DNA from: Lama glama
Taxonomy: Eukaryota
Assembly: GCA_028534125.1 (NCBI GenBank)
Contig: CM052832.1
Location: 11,162,001 to 11,226,000, forward strand
DNA: 64,000 nucleotides
Direction of reading: 5' to 3'
Positions 27,101 to 40,400 of the stretch are shown here, piece by piece (the stretch's first letter is position 1; every line of letters begins with the position of its first letter). The notes under the pieces were generated by a model. That model was given only the letters and a program-made list of their open reading frames with translations, did not search any database and was not told the origin of the DNA. Position numbers and translations under genes: made by a program.

Positions 27101-27742
27101 AGTTCTCGATCTGTCTGGAGAAAGCAGGGGGCCTGAGCACTGGTCACCCCAACCCCAGCTCCACACACACCCCCTGCCAAGAGCTCTAGTAACCTGGGCA
27201 AACAGACCAGGCCTCCGGGGTGTTTTCCATCCAACCGAGAAGGCAAAACCCAGACATAAAAGCCTTAAGAACACAGAAAAACAAGGGGGAAAGAAAATAG
27301 TTGTCTTTCCAAGGAGCTCATGTATGCAGAGGGATCATGAGGTGACCCGAGGAGGAATCCACATTCCATGGGGTTAATATGGGGAGACCTTCTAGAAAGA
27401 GGGGTGATGGGTGGGGCTGCCACTTAGGGTGCCCCCCAGCTCTCCCCAAAAGCCCCCCCTCAGTCCCTGTGGCCTGACTGTAGGGGAACAGGCGCTTTTG
27501 CCTGAAATAGTAAATTTATATAACCTCGCCATCACAGCGATGCTCCGTGCGGCTCCAGTTACAACAACAAGGGTTTAAGAACTGGAGAGCCTGCAATGGC
27601 AAAGGCAGAGGGGGGAAAACAAAACAAAATCCACATGAGGTTTTAATTTTCTTTAGCCACGTGAGAATGGCCCTGTAGATCCAGCTATAAATACCCCACT
27701 GCCATGGCCACAAGATGGAAAATCACGCGTGCACCCCCCAAA

Positions 27743-27768
27743 ACACACACACACACACACACACACAC
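27743..27768 (+). repeat. (CA)13 microsatellite
   Basis: Directly visible. Confidence 0.9.
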
Positions 27769-28089
27769 GACAAGTCCTTTCAAACAGTTCATGGGCTTCA
27801 GAATGCGAATCAACATTTCTCAGAATAACTGCCTTGAGAAGATAACAGTGCTGGAGCCCTCTTGCTAAGTATCTTGCCTCCAGGCCTCCCCAAACCTATT
27901 TGACAGCACTTGGAAAGAAAGTGTCCCCCTGCTGCCACCAGGGTGACATGCAGAACTGTCCCCGCAGCCCCCAGGCCAAGTCGAAGCCCACCAGTAGCCA
28001 CACACAGGACTGAGGGGAAGGGTTTTCTATAGAATTCCTCAGAAGGAAGTGGGGAGCCCCCACGTGAACCAGGACACCACAGATCCAGC

Positions 28090-28500
28090 TCCCTAAGCGG
28101 CAAACCCCGAGACAGAGATTCGTGTGTACGTCACGTACTGAGGCTATGCTCTCAGTAGAGACCTGGGAGGGAAGGAGGGAAAGAGGAGAGGGCAGGGGAA
28201 GATCTGGACAGAAGGTGGTTGTAGGAGAAGTCTAGCTTCAGCATGATCCTGTGGGGGGCTCCAGAGAGGGAACCGCATTGCCATATGTGCCCCACTTGGG
28301 CAAGGAAGTGGGCCCTTTGTACCTTCTCGCCAGTTAATCACTGACCACAGGATGCAGAGGAAGGTGGGGCATGCATGATGTAATTCCCAGGCACCTCTGG
28401 GGGAGGGGGTTCAACACCCCAAGGGCAGTTCACACAGGTGTGAGCCATTAGCAGGGACACCCATTGCAGCTGGGGGACCTGCACAGGGTGCCAACAGCAT
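28090..28500 (-). mobile_element. LTR16-like ERVL LTR (old)
   Basis: gagacagagattcgtgtg...cagcatgatcctgtggggggctccagag resembles LTR16 reverse. Confidence 0.55.
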
Positions 28501-28667
28501 CTTCCTAGCGAGTCTGGGAGCCCGAGTGCCTCGTTGCCTAGAATTTGTATTTTCTATCGATTACAAAGGTTAGTCAGTTTCTTGGCTTGCTTTTTTATTT
28601 CTTTTGCATGGGATGCTTTTAGAATTGACCGGCTGAAGAGAGAAGCAAAAATTTGATCAACGTGGCC

Positions 28668-29155
28668 TGCTATGAGAATTGCCCATCTAATATTCATTCT
28701 CCCTTTCTTCCATACTAATAGGTCCCTGCTTTGATTCAAGGCAGCAAAATGCCCATTTGAAAATTTTTTAGCTTCCCCTAGATTCCCTTAACACAGTTTT
28801 GACCAGTTTCTGGAGAGGGCTTTCAGAAAAGCTTGTTAAAGAGAGCATAATTAGCTGGCATGCACTTTTTGTGCTTAGTCCTTCTCTTTCTTTCTGCCTG
28901 GAATGCAGATGTGAAGCTAGAAGTGATGCAGCCATCTTGTAACCATGAGGCATGAAGACAAAAACCTCATTCTAAGGAAGGCTGAAGTAGAGAGCGAGGG
29001 AGCTGTATCCCTGATGGCACTGTGGTGCCACTCTGCCAGCTTAGGACTGTGTCTGCTGTCCTGAAAATGAGAAAGATAAAGAACCCTAGTTGACAGAGCC
29101 ACTCTAGTTAGGCTTCTGTACCATGTAGCTGAAAGCAAATTTTAACTGACATACA
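28668..29155 (+). mobile_element. MLT1 (I/J/K-like) MaLR LTR
   Basis: tgcctggaatgcagatgtga...gcagccatcttgtaaccatgagg...taactgacataca. Confidence 0.8.
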
Positions 29156-29204
29156 CCTGAAAACACTAGTTTTGTGGGGGTGTCCCATGGGAAAAGTCCT
29201 CTTT

Positions 29205-29920
29205 TATGCTTTTTTTATGCTGGTGTAGTTGATTTACAATGTTAATTTCAGATGTACAGCAAAGGGATTCAGTTACACATCTACACATATATATTTTCAG
29301 ATTCTTTTCCATTACAGTAGCTCATTATAAGAAAATGAATATAGTTTCCTGTGCTATACTGTAAGTCCTTGTTGCTTATTTTATATACAGTAATGTGTGC
29401 ATGTTAATCCCAAACTCCTAATCTATCCCTCTCTCCTTTCACCCCTGGTAACCACAGTTTGTATTCTACATCCATGAATCTATTTCTGGGTTGAAAATAA
29501 AATTTGAAATTTTTTTAAGAGTCCACATATAAGCAACATTGTATAATATTTATCTTTCTTTGATTTACTTCACTTGATATGATAATCTCTAGGTCCATCC
29601 ATGTTGCTGCAAATGGCATTATTTCATTCTTTTTTATGCCTGAGTAATATTCCTCTGTGTAACATCCCACATCAGATCTTCTCTATCCATTCATCCGTCA
29701 TGGACATTTAGGTTGTTTCCATGTCTTGGCTATTGTAAACAGTGCTGCTGTGAACACTGGGGTTCATGTGTCTTTTTTAATTATATTTTCTCTGGATATA
29801 TGCAGGAGTGGGATTGCTGGATCATATGGTAACTATTTTTAGTATTTTAAGGAACCTCCATACTGTCCTTCTTAGTGGATGCACCAAATTACATTCCCAA
29901 AACAGTGTAGGAAGGTTCCT
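29205..29920 (-). mobile_element. 5'-truncated L1, same subfamily as 4878-5629
   Basis: Reverse L1 3' UTR and ORF2 end, with a perfect 17-bp TSD tgggaaaagtcctcttt at 29188-29204 and 29921-29937. Confidence 0.95.
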
Positions 29921-30419
29921 TGGGAAAAGTCCTCTTTAGGTAAATAGAATACTAGTTTCAACAACAGGAAACCAGTTTTTTAAGGCAGTCCTTCTCTGAG
30001 CACCGTGGCTCCATGAGGGTGAGAAAAGAGGAGATGGAAACTGCTTAAATTTCTTTAGCCACAGAATTTTCCTCCCATCTCTTCCTGGTTCCCCAGGGCC
30101 ACTGTGGGAACCTGGTGTTTTATCAAATGCAGTTTGGGAAATGCTAGACAAGATGATCCCTTCAGCCTTCTTTCCTCTTGAACATTTCATGACTTCTCAC
30201 CTGGAGGGGACCAAGCAGATGGCCAGGTCCGCCAGCACCCATGTCACCCTAATGGGACAGGAGTGTAAGTCGAAGAATGGAGGCGTGTGTGGTTGGTTGG
30301 AAAAGGGCAATGAACTAGGTCAACTAGAAGACTCAAGGAGGTACCATGTCTTCTGGACTCCCAGAGTCCTCACTCCTCTTTCCAAGTGGTGACCTCCAGG
30401 GATAATAATGCTGTTGATC

Positions 30420-30595
30420 ACAGACAACATTTATTGAGCATTTATTATGTGCCAGGCCCTGTGCTTCAGGTGGATGATCCCCTGTAACCCTGACAACTGC
30501 GTAAGGAGCAGCAGACCTTTAGTTTGCCCATTTTACAGATGAGGAAATTGAGGCCTATTGAGAGATGTCATATGTTTAGCCAAGTTCCCAAGGCT
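30420..30595 (-). mobile_element. MIR SINE
   Basis: cccattttacagatgaggaaattgaggc core. Confidence 0.8.
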
Positions 30596-31414
30596 ACTAC
30601 TCTGGCTGCCTTCAAAACCCACCAACTTCAAAGGCTCTATCCCCTACCCTCCTTTATCAAGCACAGATTTGGTTTGTATACTGTGAGCTTTCCCTTGACA
30701 GGTTGCTTTGCAAGTGTCTCTCATCTTTGGTATGTATATCCTGATTCATATACTGGACTGGGAATTCCCAAGGGCAGGCCCTGTACCCCCATGAGTTGGA
30801 CAAATTATTTTCTTTCTCTAACCATGTCTCCACAACATGGGATCACTCAGTCAAATCTGCCTCCCTGACATTTATCACAACCTTCACAGGCGAGATGTGC
30901 TCAGGTGAGCCTCAGGGTGAGAGTAATGAGTTATATGGATGAAAGAGGAGCCAGGAGGAAAACTGCAGGAAGATGAGTTCAGCTAAGGGCATCCTCAGCC
31001 TCACACACTTAACCATCAGGGTGCCCAAGACCCATGTCATGTGTGTCACTTGAACGGGGTTCAGAACAGGTTTCAAGGCCATAACCTGCCAGCTGACGCC
31101 ACTAAGCTTAATCATTTTAAGGTGGACACATCCATTCTCTGGGCTGCAAAGTTTATGGAGTATGATTAAGAGCCAATCCCCCAGTCTCATTCAAATCACC
31201 TTTCTTTTCAAAGCAGAGAACAAAGTACCTGACCCAGAACCATAAATGCCAATTCCTTTCCCTTCCAGATCCCCTTCCTGGCTTACCCATCTAAGCCAGG
31301 AGCCAACCAGGCCAAAACTATGGCCCCATTTGCACAAATGCTATTACAGGTCGAATCACAGGGGACTCCTCTTTATGCCTGGTCTTCCTTGTCACGTGAA
31401 TGCACTTAGAAATA

Positions 31415-31741
31415 TACAAGGTGCTGTCTATTCCCTGCCTGCCCCTCTACCTGCACTTCCTGTCCTTCTCTGCCAGGCTCCTGCCCAGGGGGCTGACCTC
31501 TGCAGAATGCACCACCCAGATTCCTGGGCTTCTGGTGCCCAGTCGGAAGCAACAGCAGGCAACTGGAGGGTGGAAGGAGAGACACCTCAGAGCGTTATCC
31601 GCCAGCCTCTCTGCTAAGCCATGGGCCTGGCAGTGGCCTCCAGTCCTTTATCTCTCTGCAAATAGTCCTCTCAGTATATTCTTAGCAGTTCAACCCTTTT
31701 GGGAGGGCCCACCGTTTCCTGCCTAGAGCCTCACTGATACA
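31415..31741 (+). mobile_element. LTR33-like ERVL LTR
   Basis: ggggctgacctctgcagaatgcacc...gtttcctgcctagagcctcactgataca. Confidence 0.65.
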
Positions 31742-32443
31742 GACTCCACTGTCCATTCTCAGAGCAACTAGGTACCTAAGATTTGCTCCCCAAACTCCCA
31801 GTTTTGACTTTCTCCTCTTTAATTAAGGTGAATTATATGATGTATAACTAAGCAGAAAGCAGAGAGGAAAGCCACCCCAGCTTCAGTCCCCAGTACAGGC
31901 ACCATGCAAGCCAGAGAAGGGGACTCACTCTTGCAGAACTGAGCATTGAGGCTTACAGGCTCAGTCAAGGACAGAGGCTGCACAAGAGAGGGCAGGGCAC
32001 TCAAGGCTAGCACATCATGTGTCACTTGGGTTCAGCATGGACAAGATTCCAAGGAAGAGGGGACTGTGCTCAAGAGGAAGGCACATGAAAGTGAGAGATC
32101 AACTGCACTTCAACAAGCCCCCAGAGAAGAAGCCAGCAGGGTTTCATTGTCAAGTAAAAGAAAACGAAGCAATTCCCAGTGGTGGGTACTTTCCCACATC
32201 AGGGCAGGAAGTCTGCAAGAGGCACAGAGCTGTGGTGCATTGATGAAAGTCAGACGGGACGGAGAACTTCATTGAAACTCAGCAGTTATGGTGGGGAGAG
32301 GGGCGTTCTTTCCCCCTGGGGCAATGAGAAATACTTGAGACTGTTGGTCCCATGTCCTTATCAAAAGGATGTCAGGAGGATGCCTGTGGTCACTTTCCAG
32401 CACTAGCAAGGAATCCCAGGAACTCCCAAAGAAGAGATGCAAC

Positions 32444-32963
32444 TGAGGTGGGAAGCCCCATAGAAAGACTGGCAGGACCCCCAGGAAGGGCCACTACTCT
32501 CCTGCCAGCATCATCTGGTTGCCTGGCCCAGAGACTCTATCTCACATTTTGCCTCTGAAAGGCTTACTTCCAGGAAAGTGGAACTTACCCCTAAAATTCT
32601 ATTGGTTCCCTGAGCTCACTCCTGATTGGTCCATTTATGGTACTTCATTTGCATGGAGTTTACTCCTGATTGGTTATTTCTCTCCCTCCTAATTGGTCCA
32701 TTTCTACAAAGCCTGTTTCTAATTAGTCAACTTGTTATACCTTATTTGCATATGATGTTGCAAAGTGTAAAATGCCAGCCTATAAAAGCCTGTGTAAACC
32801 TACAGCCAGGGTCCAGAGCTTGGAGTGTTAACTCCTTTGGGCCTCCTGGTGTAATAAGCCTGAGTTTTCCAACGCTCTGAATGCTGCTTGGTCTCTCTCC
32901 CAGATCCAGGTTGCTGTCACAACTGAGCTGTAACGCTGAGCTGTAACACATTTTTCTGCAACA
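32444..32963 (+). mobile_element. Solo ERV1-class LTR with a well-preserved U3 promoter (5' boundary uncertain)
   Basis: Repeated inverted CCAAT boxes, octamers, TATAAAA at 32781, degenerate polyA signal, gagctgtaac repeats, ...TGCAACA end. Confidence 0.8.
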
Positions 32964-33099
32964 CAATGAGAGAAGGCTCCAGCAACTTGCTAGATGGAGA
33001 TTGAACCAGAGAGTTTCTGTTTAGTTTCTATGACTATGGCCCTATTTTGCATCTCCACTGACATATCAAAATATGATCCAAACAAATCCACAAGTCAGA

Positions 33100-33420
33100 A
33101 AAAAAAAAGGTCAAGATTTTTTGTTCAAAAACAGTGATTACCATGTGCATACGGGGATGAAATTGCTAGGATATATGGTAAGAGCATCATTAATTTTACT
33201 GGATAATAGTACCAAATTGCTCTCCAAAGTGTCCATACCAATTTAATTCCCACCACTGGTGAATGGGAATTATCTTTTGCTCTACATATAATGGGATAAA
33301 TATCATTTTGGGAGCCAATCTGATGAGTGTGAAATGGTTGTCTCCATATAACATCAATGTATGTTATTTCCCTGATTCCAACTCAGGCTAAACATTTTTT
33401 TCTCATGTTTACTGTTCTCC
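33100..33420 (-). mobile_element. Old L1 (L1M/L1ME) fragment
   Basis: aaattgctaggatatatggta...ccaaattgctctccaaagt...cccacca. Confidence 0.65.
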
Positions 33421-34394
33421 AGCATCATTGTAGTGTTAGAATCACATTTGCACACTTTGAAAAACCAAAAGAATTTTTGTTTTAATTTATAAAAGTTTGA
33501 ATAAGTTGGGTAGCATTTCCTCTCTTCTTGACTAGGAAACTTGGAGAAGGAGGAAGAGCTGTGACTGCAGGTAGAGGAAAGACTTCTTTTTGCAAACTGG
33601 CTTTGAGATAGATTTTTTTAATGAGTCACAACATTAGAGATGAAGCCTGTGAAGCAGAAATTCCCACAATCCCTGGGCAATGTGAGAAACCTTGTCAACG
33701 CTGTCCAGGAAAAGGTCAGAGTGTTTTCATTTCACTGTAAGACACACAACTATGTGGACACTGTAGTCGTACCAAAGGAACCACAGGCACCATCTGCCCA
33801 TTCTCCCGCTGCAGGAAGTACCACGCATTTACCATTCCAACAGATGAAATGGCTCCTCTCATCACAACAGAAGCTTGAAAGGAGATCCCAGAACTTCCTT
33901 ACGTTCCCAAACACTCTTAAATGCAATGTAAGTTTCTTTGAGCATCTCCCACTCACGGCACTGATGACATAGAATAGTATCCTTCACCTCTAGATCCTTC
34001 CACGACAACACTGTTAGTACTTTGAGAACTCATCTCATCTTAATCTCCCCTGTTCCTGGCACAAGGATGGATGAACTGGTTTGGAAGTGCACGAGGACAG
34101 GGAACATGTGTTACTCAACTTCAAAGTTCCAGGAGGCATTCAACTTAGGTTTCTCAAGGGAAAAAATTTTTTTCATGCTAAATCTTCTTTTCTGAGCTTT
34201 AAGAACAGAGTAATCATGGATATAAACGAACTTTTTGCTCCAGGTGTAAAAGAAGTCAACCTTGCGGGTGCTTCCTTTGCATGAAGGCTTCCCTGACATC
34301 CCCCTCAAGATCTCATATTTCCTCCTCCAACTATGTATTGCATCAGCACCGTATCATATCTTGTATTCCAATGGAAAACAAATCAGTTGGCCAA

Positions 34395-34640
34395 TAATAA
34401 TAATATAGATGTACAGAGTACACACTGTGTTCTAGGCAGAGCTCTAAGCATTTTACAAGCATTATTTCTGTCCTCATTTGAGGGTAGGTACCATTACTGT
34501 CACCATTTTACAGATGAGGAAACGGAGTCTCAGGGAGGATAAATACTTGCCCAAGGCTACAATTCTAGTAAAGGGTGGAGTTTGAATTTGGATCCCAGCA
34601 GTTCAATCCCAGAATCTGCTCGAGAAGCCACCCTGCTATA
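34395..34640 (-). mobile_element. MIR SINE (near full length)
   Basis: ccattttacagatgaggaaacggagtctcaggg...cttgcccaagg. Confidence 0.85.
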
Positions 34641-36442
34641 CCAAAGACACACGTAAGTCCTTAAATACTTCTTACTGCTGTTCTGGTGAAAAGGCAGCTG
34701 TGGGCTTAATGAGAAATTAATTATCCTTTGCATCCTTATCTTTGACACCCACATCAAATCCCTGAGACCTTGAAGAATTTGCTGATTCCTTCTTTGTTTA
34801 CTAGTGAAAGCTCCCAGTCACATGGGGTTGCCTCAGTTTAAGAGACTGGAGGCCCTGGAGGGGGAGTACTTTTTGCTCAAGGGGGATTCATTCCACAGGA
34901 CCTACCTCAGCACCACAGTGCTTCACACTGGTGCTTCTCAAATAATTGACCCACCACAGCCATCAGCAACAACGCATGACACAGCACTTCACAGTGTTCT
35001 GAGCACTTTCCATACACCCTGCATCGTGGACTCACTTCCCTCCTACACCCCGGAGATGACTGTCGTTTCCACTTTACATGCGGTGAAAAATGAGGCTCAG
35101 AAACACGAAGTTGCTACATGGTTTATCTAAGCCAATGCAGCTCATCAGTGGACGGCTGAAATTCAAACCTAGATCCTGACATCAAATTCCATGATGCTTT
35201 TGCTACACATTAAGTGTATCCCTTGTATGCTTTGTCCTTTGCCTGTCTGCACACACCCACACACAACTAGCTTCTTTTTCTGGACCAATGGAATAGGAAT
35301 CAGAACAAAAAAAGAGGCTAGAATTGAAACTAAGCTCTTGTTCTAAGAACTATGAATGAATCGATGAATGAGCACATGGATAAATGACATAGACAATCAA
35401 GAAGTGCTCCCGGAGAGCTCTGTGCCTGTCACCTGGCTAAGCACTGTAAATACCAGAGTGACCAAAGGCACAGCCCTAGACTTCTAGAAGCTTCTAGTCT
35501 GTTGGGATATGCCTCCCAATGGTAAGGGATCTGTTAAAGGAAGCTCGCTTTGTCAGAGCCCCATTGGAGCAGCAAACGTGTGCAGATGGGAAGAAGAAAG
35601 GCAGACCCTGTTTTAGCATAAACAGAGGAGACTAGTACATCACATCCGGGCAAACTCCAGATAGACAGTATTCTGAAAGAGTTAAAAAGAACTGTGCAGC
35701 CCCACCGACCAGGAGAGCAATGCCCGCTCGGACTTCTGGGGGGTGAGCAAAACTGGGACAGTCCCACTGTACGCCTGCTTCCCCAGCGTCCTATCCAGTT
35801 AGTGCCCCTTTCACTCTTGAAAGAGTCCTGGTTTAGACAATAAATTACAAGGTCAGCCCAGCCTTCCAGGAAATTTATGACTTTCTCCAACAGCCCTGGG
35901 AAGGAAAACAATTTGACCACCCAAGGTCATTGAGTTGCCTTATTTCTGCTCCCTCTTACAGAATTCTTTCTCAGAACCACCCCACAGTTGCCACAGGTTC
36001 TAGGGGGACAGCCCTCACATCTGTGTCTGTGTTCCTCTCCTGTGTTAGTATTGCAGCTAAAACGATTCACCATCGGACCTCAAAATGCACAAGCTTTAGA
36101 CACATGCACATCTGTCTTATGTCCTGACTCTGATAGCTTCCTCCTGTGTGATCTTAGGTATGTCACTCTACTGCTCTGAGCCTCAATTTCTGCACCTGTA
36201 AGAGGGGGTGAGAACACCCAGCTCATCTAATGGGATGGTTGCAAGGATTTGGTGAAGGAGTATAAGTGAGACTCCTAGTACAGTGCCAGCATAGAGGACA
36301 CGCCTACCCCCAGCAGGCTTTCCATAACTTGTGAGGTTTCAGATACCAAGGGCTTGGAGGATATGAACATTTCAGGAACCTCAGGATATTACCAGGTCTC
36401 AAGCCCCTGCATTTCCAAGTTGAATCTGCTTCTTCTTTACAA

Positions 36443-37015
36443 AGAATGTAAAACGTTGGTACAACCACTTCAGAAAACTGGCAGTATCTCCTCGAGTTGA
36501 ACATACATACACATTCCATGTGATCCAGCCATTCCACTCACAGGAACACACCAACAGGAAAGCAGTCATATCTCCACCCAAGAACAAGGGCACAAGCATT
36601 CATAGCAAGCCCCAACCCTGGAAACCACCCAAAGGCTCACCAACAGAAGAGTGGATAAATCAGGTGTGTAGAGTCACATAATGGAATATACAATGAGAAT
36701 AAGCGATTGACACAACACTATGCACAGCAAAAGACGACACACACAAACAAGGTCCTCACTGTGTGATTCCATTTACGTCAAGAACAGGCAAAATGAATCT
36801 ATGGTGTTAGAAGTCAGGATTACCAAAGAGGAATAACCAGAAGAGGGTGGAAGGGACTTCTCTGGGCAGGGGAGGTGGGGGCTTTGGAACGTTGTGTTTC
36901 TTGATTTCTGGATGCTGGTTACACAGGTGTGTCTGGTGTGTGAAAACCTATTGAGTCATATTTATAAATGCTGTATTTTGCTGAATCATGTCAAACTTCA
37001 ATAAATAGTTAAAAT
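36443..37015 (+). mobile_element. L1ME-type 3' end
   Basis: ggtacaaccacttcagaaaa...ggcaaaatgaatctatggtgttagaagtcagga...ttcaataaa. Confidence 0.8.
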
Positions 37016-37254
37016 GGAATAAAAACTTTAAATGGAAGACTTTTTCGTAGAGAGTTAAGCAGACTAAGTGGGCAGTATACATTTAACAAAAGGCAGTGGG
37101 ATATTTTCCTTGATAAATGTGTGTTGGGTCCCAGCTCAGTGCCAAGTGCTGTGCAGGATGCTGGGCCAACAGAGCTAACGAGACTTGGTCCTTATTCTCC
37201 ACCGTCATCATCTCATCTCCACCATCATCATCATCATCATCTCCATCATCAACA

Positions 37255-37470
37255 GCACTAACACTTCCTAGTGCTTACTATATGACAGCCATGGTTTCAA
37301 GTATTATTTTTTCTTTTTAACAAATCATGCATTAACTTTATCTTCCTAACAGCCCATTTTACAGATAAGGAAATTAAGACAGAGAGAGATGAAGTAACTC
37401 ATGCAAAGCCACACAGCTGGCATGAAGTGGAGCCAGAATCTGAAGCCAGGGCCTGTGCTCTGATCCACAG
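37255..37470 (-). mobile_element. MIR SINE with adjacent (CAT)n tail expansion
   Basis: cccattttacagataaggaaatt core, (CAT)n at about 37220-37250. Confidence 0.8.
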
Positions 37471-40400
37471 CTTTATATTCAGAAATCTGGTCTGTTTATC
37501 AGCTGTCAGTCCCAGCTTCCATGGAGGCAGACACAGACATCAATAACTTCATCTGCTCAGGGCAGGAGTGATGGTAAATTACCAACTGTGAGTCTCAGAA
37601 AGGCAGAGGCAATTCCTAACTCTATCTCCAGGAGGCTGCCAGCCCAATGTCACATGATCAGGAACAGACTGATAAATATATTGATAGAGACAAAAAAAAA
37701 AAGAAAAAAAAAAGAAAAGAAATGAGTTAAAATGGCTTGGTCTTTCTACTGCTCAAAGTCCACAGAAACTCTGAATTTGCTTCAAAGGAACTTCAAAGCT
37801 GCCTCTGGCACTGCGCAATACTGACATTCTCCCCACTGACCTGGAATCACTCCCTTCCCTTGCTGCCTGATCAGGGAACTTGAGGCTGGGGGCTGTGGTG
37901 TCTGGGAGGAAGTGAGGGAGGGAGTATTGACACTGACTCCCAGGAATGTGGTCAGATGTTAGCTGCAAGGCTGGGTCCCCAAGTCTGGCACATCAAGAAT
38001 CTGTCATGCAGGCAAGCTTTGCTTTGGCACTTGGGCAAGCAATCAGTGTACATAACCCGGAAGGTGGAATGTTCAATACACAGTGCCAAAGACCTCCCTT
38101 GCTTGGGACAAACCGGTAAGAAACAAACACCCCTGTGAGGACAAATCAGATCTGGCAGAGACGCAGGCAGGCATGATATGAATGCAGGCAGGGAGGTGGC
38201 TCCCGGTGGGCTAGCAGGGCCCCCAAGACCACTCCATTTAGATAGCAGAAGCACCTAAAAGATAGAGGAAATCCCAAAGGTCAGCTTGTCCAGGCCCTGC
38301 CTCCAGGCAGGACGGCAGCAAAGCCATCAGGTCATGCTTCCAGCCAGATACACCCACACCTCTCAGCCTAGCACTGGGGTCCGGATGGGGAGGGGAGCCG
38401 GGGAGAATGCAAAGTTGGCAATGAAAACATTTGCTCAGCCTTCCCAGTTATGACACAGCTCTATTTGTAGAGAAATCAGTTGGGTCTCACCTAGAACACA
38501 CCCAAAATAGAGCACAAGAAAAAAAACACAATTTTTCATATTCGGACATAGCCACCAACAATTATCTGGAAATGTGGATCTCCTCCAAAACAATTTCATG
38601 TAAAATAAGTAAAACTTCTGGAGCAGCTAGAGGGTTATTAGGAAGGGTTCTTGAAATCAACCACCCATGGGAGGGAGGTTCAGGCAGTAGGCAGCTCGGG
38701 GCATCACTGTACTTCTCCAAGTACAGCTGTCATGCAACCTCAGTGAAGACCTCAGCCGGCCCCACAGGGAGTCCCTGAAACTGGGATGCCCTTTGCAATG
38801 TCCCCACTTTGTGAAAGAGGGGCCCTACTGGTCACTGGATGCCGGTGACCCAGAAGGAGAGACTGCAGGTGGGGCAACTCTTTCATCTGAGGCAATGCCA
38901 AAGAGGGCTGCCCACTGCCAGCACTGCCTGTCTTTGGAAGTCAGTACTGCAGGGGGTCTGGCGATCTAAGTGTAGGGTCCATACGCCTGATCATTATGTC
39001 ACACTGCCTGATCTGCTCCATCAGGACTCTTCTCCAATTCAATGCATCAGTCTTTGATGTTTCCTGCTGCTTTTCCTGCATATTCAGTGACGGACGAGAC
39101 CCAAGGAAGGAAGACTGAATCTGATGAGACCCGGGCGGGGGTGGGGGCAGCCAGGGGGCCTGATGCTCAAGAGCACAAGGACCACACACAACATGTAGTC
39201 ATACCCAGGATGGTCACAGGCTAGGTACATCAATCACTCAGCTTCCCTGGGTGATGGAGGCTTGGTGTGTCAGACTCAGGGACCCAAACAGGTGATCATC
39301 CAAGATGAAACCACACTGAAGAGCTAAAAAAAAGGAACTGTGCTACAAGAATGCCATGATCTTAGATATATAGAGCTGTGTGTGTCTAGGCATAAAGAAA
39401 TCAGAAAAAATAGTTATATCCATCGTAGGGCCGACCTTGATAAATGGTCCAAAGGAAGAAAAGTATGCTGCAGAGTAATATACAGATTCCATTTCAGTGA
39501 AAAACACTCACACAACAAGAGCCTGCTCCACCTGTATACACACCTGTAGTATTTGCATGAACAAAGGAAAAGACAGGGAAGGATTAATTCCAGGCTATAA
39601 ACATTAATTCCTGGGATGTGGAGGATGGGAGGAGATGTTATTCATTTTCCACTTGTCTTTTTGTATTTCTGCATGATATTGATTCACTTGTTTACACAAG
39701 GGAGAATTACTTTCATAATATGGAAAAATCAAATAAAGAATACATTTTAAAAAATTATCAGCATTGCCACGTGCATAGCAGGGACCTATATAAAAATATT
39801 ATTTCATGCCCTCCTTTCCCTCCCCTCTTAGGAATCAGCTCCTAATTGTCCCTCTGGGGTTGCTCAAAAGGCATAGTTAATTTAAGGCAGGGATTCTTCT
39901 GTGCCTTCTCCTCAAATCATTAGAAAATAACTTAATTTCAATATTATTTCATACACAATATATATTTGCCATCAACATAAATCTGCCACTGAAGTCTATA
40001 AAAATTATGCAACACATTCTGTAGTTGAACAACAATGCTGTGAATTATCTGCTGTTTGCTATTATCCGTGACCACGCTTCTGTGTTACCGTGCTCATGAA
40101 AGCTGACCATCCCAAGCCAATTCGCAATTATCTTGGCACACAGACATGAAAAGCCAGAGAAGCCAAAGCCCAACTCTTTACCACAGCTGCTGACGAGAGG
40201 TCAGAGAGTTGGTTTTAAGTTTCTTCCATCTTGCCCTGTCCCTGGCTACCCCTTATGAGAGGTGTTCCAGAGGGCAGAAGCCACCACTGAGCAGAGGGAT
40301 GAGGCCACAAAGGATCCACACAGTCTACAAACTGGATCACTCTCCTCTATCTGGTTGGCCAAAGGGATTGGCTTCTGTAATCCCAACAGCCCCTGGGCAA

